Positions 51,943-61,738 of a stretch of DNA of 64,000 nucleotides are shown in pieces. The notes under the pieces were generated by a model. The model saw only the letters and a program-made list of their open reading frames with translations. It did not search any database and was not told where the DNA came from. Each line of letters starts with the position of its first letter. Position 1 is the stretch's first letter. The translations under genes were made by a program, and so were the position numbers. The stretch is taken from NCBI GenBank assembly GCA_965263035.1, contig OZ253580.1:3424001-3488000 (forward strand), read 5' to 3'. The DNA is from Acidobacteriota bacterium. GTDB taxonomy: Bacteria; Acidobacteriota; UBA6911; RPQK01; JAJDTT01.

Positions 51943-51965
51943 GTCCGGTTCTCTGGAGAGGGAAT

Positions 51966-53675
51966 GTGATCCAGGAATGGGTCAGAGCGAAGTTGGCCGG
52001 AGGGGTGGTCCGAGCTCGCTTTGGCGGGTTCCGGTTGAGGTGGGTTGCCGCGACGCTGCTCTGGCTCACTCCCGCCGGCGCAGCGGAAGAACCGGCCGGT
52101 CCCGGGATCGTCTTCGAGGAAGTCCTACCTCAGGCCAGCGGCATCCGTTGGGTTCATGAGAATGCCATGTCGGCCCAGCGGCACCTGCCGGAGACGGTGG
52201 GGCCCGGCTGCGCCTTCTTCGACTACGATAACGACGGATGGATGGATCTGTATCTGGTCAACAGCGGAACCTCCGACTTCTACGCTCCCGCGACGCCGCT
52301 CAGGAACGCCCTTTACCGCAACGACCGGGATGGGACCTTCACCAACGTCACCGAAGCAGCGGGTGTCTCAGGGGGGCGATTCGGCATGGGTGTCGCGGTT
52401 GCCGACTACGATGGCGACGGCTGGCAAGATCTCTACGTCACCAACTACGGACCCAACGACCTCTATCGCAACAACGGCGACGGAAGCTTCTCGGAAGTGG
52501 CAAAGGATGCGGGGCTCCTGGCTCCCGGATGGTCCACCAGCGGCGTCTGGTTCGACTACGATGGAGACGGAAGGCTGGACCTGTTCGTCTGCAGCTTCGT
52601 CCGTTACGACACATCCCTCATCCGGCTGTGCTTCGATCACCTGCGAAAGCGAACCTACTACTGCCTGCCGACCCTCTTCGATCCCACCCCCAGTCATCTC
52701 TTTCGCAACGACGGCAACGGCCGCTTCACCGACGTCAGCCGGGAGTCGGGGATCTCCGGGCACCCAGGCAAGGCGTTCGGGGTGGTGGCCACCGACGTCA
52801 ACAACGACGGGCATCTGGACCTGTTCGTCGCCAACGACACGGTGGCCGACTTCCTCTTCGTGAATCAGGGAGACGGGAAGTTCCGGGAGATGGGCCTCTG
52901 GGCCGGCGTCGCATTCGACGACGGCGGCAAGCCGCGCTCCGGGATGGGTGTGGACGCCACCGACTACGACGGCGACGGCTTGCAGGACCTCTTCGTCTCC
53001 AACATCGACCACGAAGTGTTCAGTCTCTACCGGAATCAGGGAGACCTGTCCTTCACCGACGAAGCGGCCGACGTGGGGAAACTGACCTGGCTGCTGAGTG
53101 GCTGGGGATTACGCTTCTTCGATGCGGACAACGACGGCGACGAGGACCTGTTCCTGGCGAATGGACACCCGGACGACATGGTGGAGAAATTCCGGCCGGG
53201 GCTGGGGTACAGGCAACCCCTCCTCTATTTTGAAAACGTCAACGGCCGCTTTCACGACCGCAGCCCCCAATCGGGCGCCGTCTTCTCTCGCACTTTCTCC
53301 GCCCGGGGACTGGCCACCGGGGACCTGGACAACGACGGCGATCTGGACCTGCTCATCACCGACAACGGGGGACCTCCGGTGCTGCTCCTGAACCGGGGAG
53401 GCAACCGCAACCATTGGCTTGGCCTTGATCTGGTGTCTCGCCACGGCCACGCTCCTGTCGGCGCCGTCATCACCTGGTCGGCGGGAGGGGTCGAGCACCG
53501 CCGCTTGAAGCGGGCAGGCGGCAGCTACCTCTCCTCCAGCGATCCGCGAGAGATTCTGGGTCTGGGCTCAGCTGAAGCTCTCGACTGGGTGGAGATCCGA
53601 TGGCCCAGCGGCGCCAAGACCCGCCTGACCGACCTACAGCCGAACCGCTACCACAAGCTCGTCGAGTCGCCATAG
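51966..53675 (+). CDS. CRTAC1 family protein (FG-GAP + ASPIC/UnbV)
   Basis: [40 protein letters not shown]; GTG51966 follows GGAGAGGG. Confidence 0.9.
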   Translation: MIQEWVRAKLAGGVVRARFGGFRLRWVAATLLWLTPAGAAEEPAGPGIVFEEVLPQASGIRWVHENAMSAQRHLPETVGPGCAFFDYDNDGWMDLYLVNSGTSDFYAPATPLRNALYRNDRDGTFTNVTEAAGVSGGRFGMGVAVADYDGDGWQDLYVTNYGPNDLYRNNGDGSFSEVAKDAGLLAPGWSTSGVWFDYDGDGRLDLFVCSFVRYDTSLIRLCFDHLRKRTYYCLPTLFDPTPSHLFRNDGNGRFTDVSRESGISGHPGKAFGVVATDVNNDGHLDLFVANDTVADFLFVNQGDGKFREMGLWAGVAFDDGGKPRSGMGVDATDYDGDGLQDLFVSNIDHEVFSLYRNQGDLSFTDEAADVGKLTWLLSGWGLRFFDADNDGDEDLFLANGHPDDMVEKFRPGLGYRQPLLYFENVNGRFHDRSPQSGAVFSRTFSARGLATGDLDNDGDLDLLITDNGGPPVLLLNRGGNRNHWLGLDLVSRHGHAPVGAVITWSAGGVEHRRLKRAGGSYLSSSDPREILGLGSAEALDWVEIRWPSGAKTRLTDLQPNRYHKLVESP

Positions 53676-53741
53676 GAGGGGGGATAGGAGGGGGGACATC
53701 CTTGTCCCCCAAGAGTCGGGGGTTAAAAACCCCCGCTCCCA
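53672..53741. repeat. Left REP doublet flanking the RAYT gene
   Basis: (ATAGGAGGGGGG)x2, GGGGGACA-TCCT-TGTCCCCC, CGGGGGTT-AAA-AACCCCCG-CTCCCA. Confidence 0.88.
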
Positions 53742-53777
53742 TCTCGTCGAATTGACCGTGCGGTCGTTGGGATTATT

Positions 53778-54464
53778 GTGACCGACATCCGCAAGAATCG
53801 GGGCTTGGAAAACCCCCACTCCTATCTCGACCCTTACGGTGAGATCGACGTCACCTACAATCACCTTCCCCACTGGCAGCAAGATGAAGTCTACGTCTTC
53901 GTGACTTGGCGGCTGAAAGATTCTCTGCCCCAAGAGAAACTGGATCAGTGGAAGGAGGAACAGGGTATCTGGCTGAAACGCCGCCCTCGTCCTTGGGATG
54001 CGCGAACGGCAAAACGCTATCACAAGCGGTTTTCACGACGAATCGAGGACTGGTTAGACTAGGGAAGCGGCTCCTGTATCTTGAAGGATCCGGTTCTGGC
54101 GAGGGTGGTGGCTGATGCGCTCCGTCACTTCGACGGCGAACGTTACGAGTTGGCTTCCTTCGTCGTGATGCCCAACCACGTCCATGTCCTGTTTCGTCCT
54201 CTTGGCTCACACCAAATTCCGAAAATCGTGAAATCGTGGAAGTGGTTCACAGCGCGACAGATCAACAGGAGAGCCGGAAATTCGGGCGCCTTTTGGCAGG
54301 AGGACTATTGGGACCGGCTGATCCGGCACCCGCTGCACTTTTCTAATTGCGTCGAATACGTGCGTGAAAATCCGACGAAAGCCGGACTGTGCGATGGAGA
54401 GTTCCTTCTCTTCGAGAGAGTTGGGAGAGGGGACATCCTTGTCCCCCAAAGAATCGGGGGTTGA
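53778..54464 (+). pseudogene. REP-associated tyrosine (Y1/HUH) transposase interrupted by in-frame TAG
   Basis: HLPHW..FVTWRL.DSLP, VMPNHVH (HUH), FWQEDYWDRLIR, YVRENP; frame reads WLD-TAG(54060-62)-GSGSCILKDP. Confidence 0.85.
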
Positions 54465-54480
54465 AAACCCCCGCTCCTAC
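54422..54480. repeat. Right REP doublet flanking the RAYT gene
   Basis: TGGGAGAGGGGACATCCTTGTCCCC ... CGGGGGTTGAAAACCCCCGCTCCTAC (reverse strand starts GTAG). Confidence 0.88.
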
Positions 54481-56057
54481 GGCAAACTCGGATCGATCTT
54501 TCGCATTCCCGGCTTCCGGCTCGACTTGGGCTTTCTCTTCTGCAACAGGTCGAACCGGTCGAAGTATTTCCGGGCAGTGGCCGGATCTTTCAACCGGTGG
54601 TGGAGCCTTCCCAGCAAATAGTGGGTCTCCACGTGGTCGGGATTTTGGGCCAGGGCCTTCTGGAGATGCCCCAGCGCCTCACCGATCTCCTTCCCTTTCA
54701 ACAGGAGGCGGCCCTTCTCCAAGTGCAGCAGGAAGGAATCGGTATTCAACTCGATTCCTTTGTCCAGCCATTCCAATGCTTTGCCAGTCTGACCTGAACG
54801 GGAATGTGCACTGGCGAGCTGGTGCAAGATTTCCTCTTGGCCGGGTCGAAGCCGTAGCGCCTCGAGCAACGCTTCGGTGGCATGGTCGAACTGGTCCAGG
54901 GAGTTCAGGGTGGCTCCCAGATAGTAATGGGCTTCCCAGTTCCCGGGGTCCCGCGCCGTCAGCCGTTGGAGGACCTCCTTGGCTTCTTGGAATCGGCTCT
55001 GGTCTTGATAGAGCGTGACCAGCCGCAACTGGGCCGAGGAGGAAGAGAGGGGCTTCAGAATCCGCTCTCCCTCGTCGTTGTACTTGAAGCGAAGGAGGAT
55101 CCTCGCCGCTTCTTCTTGTTCGTCCGGATTGAGCTGGAGTCGATTCAGATAGGCCAGAGCCTCGTCGGAGCGCGCCAACCAGAAGAGCTGCTCCGCCAGC
55201 CTCAAGCCCAATCTGTTGTCGAGCTTCTTCCGGTCCACCTTCTCCAGCACGGCTGAGGACAGTTCCAGATCGCCCCGCTCGAACGAAAACCTGGACTTGA
55301 GGATCAGCAGCTTGGGATCGCGGGGATTCTGCTTCAGTGCCTGTTCCACCTGTCCGGCCGAGATCTCGACCGCCGCCAACTGGGTCAGGTCGGCGTCCAG
55401 ATTCGCCGCGTTTCTCAAGTGATCGGCGGCTTCCCGCAATTGTCCCTGCGAGACCAGAAACTTCCCCCAACCGTAACGGACCCGGCCTGAATCGGGGGCG
55501 AGCCGAAGAGCTCGGAAGTAGGCCGTCCGGGCCTCCGCCAACTTTCCGATCCGGGCATAGGAGGAGCCGAGTTTGGCCATGGCTTCAGCCAGATTCGGGT
55601 CGCGCTCCAGCGCCTCCCGGTACACCTCGATGGCCCGCTTCCACTCGCCCTCCTGGCGCAACCGGTCTCCCTCTTCCTCCAGACGGCGAGCCCGCTCCTG
55701 GAAATCCGCCGGCATGTGGTAAAGCAGCGCGTAGTCGAAACCGGAACGGAAAATGGAGCTGTAGGCGCCGGGACCCAGCCCCGTGGCGGCCTGTTGAAAC
55801 TCGCGGTTCATCCGGGTCAGGGAGATGCTTCCCAGGTAACCGCCGTCCGCAGCCGTACGGTCGATGGAATGTTGGCGCGCCAGATCCGCAAATGAGGCCC
55901 CACGGTTCAGTTCTTGGAGGATCTGCTCCGCCAGAGAGAGGTTGCGTACCACCAGAATGCGCAGGAACATGCTCTTTCCGTCCGAAGAGGGAAACGCCGG
56001 GACGGAGACGAGCAAGACCAGAAGGCAGAGCACGCCGGCACTGAATGGCCGTCTCAT
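54477..56057 (-). CDS. Exported PpiC/parvulin-type PPIase domain + TPR protein
   Basis: GASFADLARQHSID.TAADGGYLG, followed by many TPRs; signal peptide. Confidence 0.85.
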   Translation of the reverse strand: MRRPFSAGVLCLLVLLVSVPAFPSSDGKSMFLRILVVRNLSLAEQILQELNRGASFADLARQHSIDRTAADGGYLGSISLTRMNREFQQAATGLGPGAYSSIFRSGFDYALLYHMPADFQERARRLEEEGDRLRQEGEWKRAIEVYREALERDPNLAEAMAKLGSSYARIGKLAEARTAYFRALRLAPDSGRVRYGWGKFLVSQGQLREAADHLRNAANLDADLTQLAAVEISAGQVEQALKQNPRDPKLLILKSRFSFERGDLELSSAVLEKVDRKKLDNRLGLRLAEQLFWLARSDEALAYLNRLQLNPDEQEEAARILLRFKYNDEGERILKPLSSSSAQLRLVTLYQDQSRFQEAKEVLQRLTARDPGNWEAHYYLGATLNSLDQFDHATEALLEALRLRPGQEEILHQLASAHSRSGQTGKALEWLDKGIELNTDSFLLHLEKGRLLLKGKEIGEALGHLQKALAQNPDHVETHYLLGRLHHRLKDPATARKYFDRFDLLQKRKPKSSRKPGMRKIDPSLP

Positions 56058-56187
56058 TGGAGACTATTCTAGCAGTCCCAAAATAAGACGGCTTTCCTCC
56101 TGTCGTCGACGTTCCCTCCAGTGCCGTGACGCGCGGTTCCGAGAAGAAAGGGATCCCTGGATTTGGTAGCCTCGTTCCGGAGGCGCC

Positions 56188-57465
56188 ATGAGACATATCT
56201 CTTTTCCGGTCGTCGTTTTCCTGCTTGGAATGGGTCCGGCCTGTCATCCGGAGGCGGAACCGCACGACGCACCGGATCATCGGGTCAAGATCAAGCTGGG
56301 CAAGAGCCTGCAGATGCTGCCGGTGGGCAGAAGCGCCGGAATGATGAAGCTGCTCCGTCATCCCGACGGCACCCTCTACTTGAACACCCAGTCCGCGGAC
56401 CTCTCGCGGGGATTGGCCAAGAGCACCGACGGAGGGAAGACCTGGACCGTCCATCCACTGAGCTTCGAGGGGACGCCGCCGCGGCAATTCGCGTCCGGTT
56501 TCGGCATCACTCGCGACGGACGCCTCTGGATGCTGCACCAGCAGTTGCGGCTGTACGGGCAGAAGAAAGATCCGGACGAGGATAGGACGGTGTTTCTCTC
56601 CCATTCCGACGACGGGGGCATGACCTGGAAGAGCCGGCCGTTCGAGTATGGCCGGTTCTCCCCTGGAGCGCCCGATGATCCCTACACTTCAATGGATGTG
56701 GCGGCCTGCTTCCCCAACTTCGTCCAGAGGCCCGATGGGACGCTCATGTTCTCGGCCAGCATGCGCTATCCTGATTGGGAGGACTACGGGCAAGAGGACC
56801 AGTCACGCCCCGGGATCCGCGATGTCCTGGTCCGGTCCCGGGACGGGGGAGAGACCTGGGGCGATTCGACCATCGTTCACCAACACGCCACCGAGACCGA
56901 TTACGCGGTCGACCCCGCCGATCCGGATCACATCCTGGCCATGACCCGCAAGCAGCGGCTGCTGCTCCCGGGAGAAGACCGGGAACAGGTGGAGAAGGAG
57001 GCCAGCATCCGGGGGACTCGTTTCTCCGGAGCCGAGTGGCTCTGGAAAGGGGGCTTGTTGCTGGAGTCGACCGACGGCGGGCGCAGCTTCCGGGAGATCC
57101 CGGGCAGCTACGCCGGCTACTATGCGCACCGCGGGGCCATCCTTTGGACCACGAACAACGTGGTTATCGTGACCCACAACACCGGCTACTACCATGACTC
57201 GGTACCGCCCGTCCCCACGACCTGTGCCCGGATCAGCCTGGACGGGGGCCGGACCTGGGTGGACGGTACCCGGAGCGGGACCAAGCGGATGAATCAGTCG
57301 ACGCAGTTTCTGGAGATCGTCGGCGCGGCCACCATCGAGCTGGAGCCCGATCGCTTCTTCACCGCGTACAAGATCATGGCGGAGCCCCGGGGGGACCGGA
57401 CCGTGGGGTCGGTGCAAGGGTTCTTCTGGGAGCTGGAACGGGCCTCCGGAAAGCCCTCCGGGTGA
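56188..57465 (+). CDS. BNR/Asp-box (sialidase-fold) lipoprotein
   Basis: GPAC lipobox-like; STDGGKTW, SDDGGMTW, SRDGGETW, STDGGRSF, SLDGGRTW; GGAGG RBS. Confidence 0.82.
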   Translation: MRHISFPVVVFLLGMGPACHPEAEPHDAPDHRVKIKLGKSLQMLPVGRSAGMMKLLRHPDGTLYLNTQSADLSRGLAKSTDGGKTWTVHPLSFEGTPPRQFASGFGITRDGRLWMLHQQLRLYGQKKDPDEDRTVFLSHSDDGGMTWKSRPFEYGRFSPGAPDDPYTSMDVAACFPNFVQRPDGTLMFSASMRYPDWEDYGQEDQSRPGIRDVLVRSRDGGETWGDSTIVHQHATETDYAVDPADPDHILAMTRKQRLLLPGEDREQVEKEASIRGTRFSGAEWLWKGGLLLESTDGGRSFREIPGSYAGYYAHRGAILWTTNNVVIVTHNTGYYHDSVPPVPTTCARISLDGGRTWVDGTRSGTKRMNQSTQFLEIVGAATIELEPDRFFTAYKIMAEPRGDRTVGSVQGFFWELERASGKPSG

Positions 57466-58815
57466 TCACCCGGCCTCGGGCGGTTCCTCCGGGGCGTTCT
57501 CCAAGTGCCAGAACACCGCCCGAAGCCCCAACCAGGGGCAGTCTCCGACTTCAGTGCCCTGTGGACACGGACTCTTGGGCGCTTCGTAGTATCGCTTCAG
57601 CGACTCGTTCTCCCAGTAGGCGTACACTGACATAAAGTGATTGGGCGACAATTCCAACATGGGACTGGTGAAGGAGACGGTGAGGGGCGGCGTGAGGAGT
57701 GGGTGCCTCTTCGCCTGATTGAACTCCCGCGTACCCTCTGAAGTCCCGTCCACCCAGGTCTGGCCTCCGTCCAGGCTGATTCTCAAGACCCGGCTCGAGT
57801 TCTTTCGGTTAAAGTTGGCGGCGACCACCACCAGGTTGTTGCTGCCCCAGACGATAGTCGCCCGGTGCCCGTAGAACTCGGTCAAGCCGCCGGGCACTTC
57901 ATGGAAGGTCCGTCCGCCGTCAGTGGATCCCATCAGCAGGCCGTTCTTGTAGATGGAAGGCATGTCGGAGGGCATATCGGAGGGAGCACCGGTTCTCTTG
58001 ATGGTCGCTTCCCGGTCCTCGCCGGCCAGGAGCTCCCGCTGGGTTCGGGTCATGGAGAGGATCCGGTTGGGATCGAAGGGATCCAGGGCGTGACCCACCT
58101 CGGTGACGTGAGGGTGCATCAGGGTCACGTCTCCCCAGGTCTTGCCCCCGTCGGTGGAGCGGAAGATCATCTCTCCCCCGAAGTCCAGATCGGAACGCAT
58201 GAGACCGTCGATCCGGTTTTTCGGGTCCTTGTAGTAGGACCCGTCGTAGCGTAATCCCACCGAAAACATCAGGGTGCCGTCGGGCTGTTCGATGAAGGTG
58301 TTGTAGTCGTTGTAGGAGTGGACATAAGGAAGTTCCATCCCCCGGGAAGCCAGCGGCGGGAAGTCGATGGGAGTCGTGTTCCAGGTTTCGACGTCGACGG
58401 ACCAGGAGACGAAGAGCTCCTTCGAGGTGCTCTGATGCAGGAGCCAGAGGCGTCCGTCTCGAGTGACCCCCGAACCGATCAGGCGTTGGCCCGGCGGAGC
58501 GTCGGCGAGGTTCACCCGCACCGGTTCCCAGGTCTCGCCCTGGTCCGTGCTCTTGAAATATCCTAACGCCTCATCCGTCCCCTGGGTCTCGGTGTTCACG
58601 AAGATGGTCCCGTCCGGACGGCGGACCATCCCCACCATCTCATGGGCCAAGCCGGTCTCGGGTCCGGGCCCGATGATGTTGATCTCCTTGTCGATCTTGA
58701 GGACCAACCGTTCAGGATCGAGTTCTTGAGCCTCCTGATCGGTTTCCGGCGGTGAGCAGGCAGGGAGAGACAGGAGCAGGGTCAAGATGCTGACGCGACT
58801 AATGGACGAAGCCAT
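57466..58815 (-). CDS. BNR/Asp-box (sialidase-fold) lipoprotein, paralogue of the convergent neighbour
   Basis: LPAC lipobox; STDQGETW, STDGGKTW, STDGGRTF, SLDGGQTW; GGAGG RBS. Confidence 0.82.
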   Translation of the reverse strand: MASSISRVSILTLLLSLPACSPPETDQEAQELDPERLVLKIDKEINIIGPGPETGLAHEMVGMVRRPDGTIFVNTETQGTDEALGYFKSTDQGETWEPVRVNLADAPPGQRLIGSGVTRDGRLWLLHQSTSKELFVSWSVDVETWNTTPIDFPPLASRGMELPYVHSYNDYNTFIEQPDGTLMFSVGLRYDGSYYKDPKNRIDGLMRSDLDFGGEMIFRSTDGGKTWGDVTLMHPHVTEVGHALDPFDPNRILSMTRTQRELLAGEDREATIKRTGAPSDMPSDMPSIYKNGLLMGSTDGGRTFHEVPGGLTEFYGHRATIVWGSNNLVVVAANFNRKNSSRVLRISLDGGQTWVDGTSEGTREFNQAKRHPLLTPPLTVSFTSPMLELSPNHFMSVYAYWENESLKRYYEAPKSPCPQGTEVGDCPWLGLRAVFWHLENAPEEPPEAG

Positions 58816-58984
58816 GATGCCTCCAGGGAAAGGGGGTGAAGATTGGAGTCTAGTCTAGGGTCTTGGCGCTCCCGATACAACCGGACCGGAAACCCGGCTT
58901 CGCAGCCTGACTTGTTCAGTATGAGGATGACTGCTAACTTGAGCCCGAACAGTGATTCTCCCTCCCACTTCGTGGTTTCTTCTC

Positions 58985-59899
58985 ATGAACCGGACACCGG
59001 CTGAGGCCCCAAGTTGCAAGAGATCCAGCGCAACGGCACTTCTGTTCGTGCTGTTGGCCATCGGTGGCGATGGTTCGGTCGCCCAGACGACTGCTGAAGA
59101 GACCGACGATCTCACCGCCATCGGCCGTATCGTGGGCACCGATATCAATCGGATCGCAGCCGTCGTGCGTTACCACAGTGCCATCCTGATGACCCGGATG
59201 GAGCAGTTCGAATCGGCCTACGAGGCATTGCAGCAGTTCGTCTATCAGAACGACACCAGTCCGAAAGTGGTCGAGGCCCTGGGGCTGTCCATCCTGCGCA
59301 TGCGGTATTTGCCTTCCGAGTATCCGCCATCCAAACGGGAACTCGTCATGCTGGCGGGACGGGCCGCTTACGAGACGGCGGCCCGCCGAGCCGAGAACGC
59401 CGATCGGCTCTATCAGGAGCTCGTCTCGCGCTACCCGGACGAAGCGACGGTGCACTATGCCTATGGGGCGTTCCTGATGGGCAGCAAGCCTGACCTGGCG
59501 GTCCGGCAATTCCTACAGGAGTTGAAGAATAATCCTGATCATGCGCCGAGTCTCCTCCAGGTCGCGATGGAGTACCTGCGGCAGGGCAGGTACCAAGAGG
59601 CTTTGCCTCTGGCGGAAAGAGCCCACCGGCTGATGCCGAACTTCTTTACTTCCAGAAAAGTCCTGGGCCGGGTTCTTCTGGAAACGGGCCAAGTTGAACG
59701 AGCCGTCCAGGAACTGGAAGTCGGAATTCAACTGAAACCCGAGGACGCCGAAATGCACTTCGCCCTGTCCCGGGCTTATGCGAGAGCCGGCCGCAAAGCG
59801 GAGGCGGAACGGGCGCGGCGTGAATTCCTGCGGCTGGACCGGATCTACCGGAGCCAGCGAGAGGGTCCGCAGTCCGTCGGTGGTCAGACGCAGCCCTGA
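58985..59899 (+). CDS. Exported tetratricopeptide repeat protein
   Basis: Signal-like N-terminus; VHYAYGAFL, MHFALSRAYARAGRKAEA. Confidence 0.8.
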   Translation: MNRTPAEAPSCKRSSATALLFVLLAIGGDGSVAQTTAEETDDLTAIGRIVGTDINRIAAVVRYHSAILMTRMEQFESAYEALQQFVYQNDTSPKVVEALGLSILRMRYLPSEYPPSKRELVMLAGRAAYETAARRAENADRLYQELVSRYPDEATVHYAYGAFLMGSKPDLAVRQFLQELKNNPDHAPSLLQVAMEYLRQGRYQEALPLAERAHRLMPNFFTSRKVLGRVLLETGQVERAVQELEVGIQLKPEDAEMHFALSRAYARAGRKAEAERARREFLRLDRIYRSQREGPQSVGGQTQP

Positions 59900-59997
59900 C
59901 GCTGCTGGCGATCAAAGACGATGTGGACTCGGCGGAAGCCGCGGCGAGAGATGGTCACAAGGCCCATGAGATTGACGAGTGATTTGTTGGAGCGCCC

Positions 59998-60948
59998 GTG
60001 ATCCGTGAGCACCAAACGGAGGAGGCCTTGGCCGAGGACCGTGTTTCCAGGATACTCGATCCTTACCCCATCACTGAAGTACTGCCGGAATGGATTCGTG
60101 AAGGTGAAGAGATGGGAAGTAAGAGGAAGTTTTGGTACGTCTGCTCGGGTCCGGAAGAGGAAACAGAATGGCTCTTCAAATATCCTCAACCGAACACCGG
60201 TCAGCATTGGTCCGAGAAGATTGCCGCCGAGGTCGCTTCCGTGTTGGAAATCCCCCATGCGAGGGTAGAATTGGCGGTATTATCGAAGCATAAAGGATCG
60301 GTGACCAAGTCATTCGCGGACAATGGCCGCGAATTGGTTCACGGCAACCAGATATTGGAGAGGAAAGTACGGGGCTATGATCCTGAAAGAAGATTTCGTC
60401 AGTCGAGTCATACTCTGGCTAACATCTGGAAGGTACTGGACCATGTGTTTGTAACGCCTGAAGGCGCAAGAGACGCGAAGGTCCGCATGGCAAAGTACGT
60501 GGTTTTGGACGCGGTGATCGGGAACACGGATCGTCACCATGAGAACTGGGGTGTGCTTCGAACGCGGGAGGGTAACCGCTGGGTGGGGAGGGTGGCGCCA
60601 TCGTTCGATCATGCATCGTCTTTTGGGCGAGAACTCCTGGATTCGCGTCGAAGTCGACTCCTGAGAGAGGGGCGCGTGGGTGTCTACGCCGAAAAGGGAC
60701 GAGGCGCGGTCTACTGGTCGGAGGATGAGCGGCGCGGGCCCAGTCCACTGGAGTTGACACGGCGGGCCACTCGCGATTACCCGGACCTCTTCTGTCCGGG
60801 GCTGGTGAAACTTGAAAGATTGGACGTGAAGACCATCAACGATCAGGTTGATCGTGTCCCGACCGATTGGATGTCGCCGACAGCCAGAGACTTCGCGATC
60901 GAGTTGATGCGCTACAATGTTGAACAATTGTCGGAGATGTTCAGATGA
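59998..60948 (+). CDS. HipA-like Ser/Thr kinase (HipA C-terminal domain only)
   Basis: MGSKRKFW, WLFKYP, SEKIA, DAVIGNTDRHHENWG, APSFDHASS. Confidence 0.88.
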   Translation: MIREHQTEEALAEDRVSRILDPYPITEVLPEWIREGEEMGSKRKFWYVCSGPEEETEWLFKYPQPNTGQHWSEKIAAEVASVLEIPHARVELAVLSKHKGSVTKSFADNGRELVHGNQILERKVRGYDPERRFRQSSHTLANIWKVLDHVFVTPEGARDAKVRMAKYVVLDAVIGNTDRHHENWGVLRTREGNRWVGRVAPSFDHASSFGRELLDSRRSRLLREGRVGVYAEKGRGAVYWSEDERRGPSPLELTRRATRDYPDLFCPGLVKLERLDVKTINDQVDRVPTDWMSPTARDFAIELMRYNVEQLSEMFR

Positions 60949-61688
60949 GTGAGAAGACCTTGTTTCTGGCTTGGCAGGACAAAGCGCAGAGCCGCCGGTG
61001 GTTCCCCATCGGTCGGCTGGACGCCGACATTGAACGCCTGCAGTATCGCTTCCGTTACATTGTCGGCGCCGCACGGGCGCAAGAGATGGCGGGATTTCCG
61101 TTGTTGATCGAGTTTCCCGAGTTGGAGGCGGATTATCGATCTCCAGAGCTTTTTCCCGTGTTCCGGAACCGGGTGATGAATCGGAGCAGACCGGACTTCA
61201 ACGACTACCTGCGCATTCTCGATCTTTCTTCCAAGGCGGACCCCGTCGAGATTCTGTCAGCGAACGGCGGCCGCCGCGTGACGGACACCTACGAAGTCTT
61301 CCCGAAACTCGTGAAGCGCGCCGACGGCAGCTTCACTTGCCGCTTCTTTCTGCACGGTTGGCGGCACGTCAATGCATCGGCTCAAGAACGAATCGATCAG
61401 TTGTCCAAGGGCGAAGAATTGTATGTCACATTAGAGTTGACTAATCCGGTGTCCAGAATGGCCGTGCAGATTCAGACGACGGATTACCATATGGTCGGGT
61501 GGGCGGCTCGTTACCTCGTGGCGGATCTGGTCGAGGCGATGGCCGAATCTCCCGAATATGCTGCTCAGGTGGTTCGGGTGAATCCCCAGCCCGCTCCGTC
61601 GAAGCAGCGCGTATTGATCCAGATGCGTGGCAGTTGGGATCAGCATGAACCCATGAGCGGACCGGAATTCCGGCCATTGGTCACTTGA
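60945..61688 (+). CDS. HipS/HipA-N-like + HIRAN domain protein, partner of the kinase
   Basis: LFLAWQD..RRWFPIGRL..YRFRY, LFPVFRNRVMNRSRPD, GGRRVTDTYEVFP, then FFLHGWRH..NPVSRMAV..VGW; ATGA overlap with the kinase stop. Confidence 0.78.
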   Translation: MSEKTLFLAWQDKAQSRRWFPIGRLDADIERLQYRFRYIVGAARAQEMAGFPLLIEFPELEADYRSPELFPVFRNRVMNRSRPDFNDYLRILDLSSKADPVEILSANGGRRVTDTYEVFPKLVKRADGSFTCRFFLHGWRHVNASAQERIDQLSKGEELYVTLELTNPVSRMAVQIQTTDYHMVGWAARYLVADLVEAMAESPEYAAQVVRVNPQPAPSKQRVLIQMRGSWDQHEPMSGPEFRPLVT

Positions 61689-61738
61689 AAGCTTGTTGAG
61701 AGGTCGTCTGTGGCTAGAAGTCGGCGCCACAGGAGATA

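Noticed and set aside
4922-53675. Enediyne biosynthetic cluster (UnbV homologues)
   Set aside because: No PKSE, thioesterase or other biosynthetic genes; ASPIC/UnbV domains are widespread outside such clusters.
54060-54062. Pyrrolysine at the RAYT amber codon
   Set aside because: No pyl genes in the window and no mechanistic rationale; a CAG>TAG transition suffices.
59900-61738. Flanking direct repeats defining the kinase/HIRAN insertion
   Set aside because: Only a 7-bp TGGTCAC match was seen, expected by chance; no integrase nearby.
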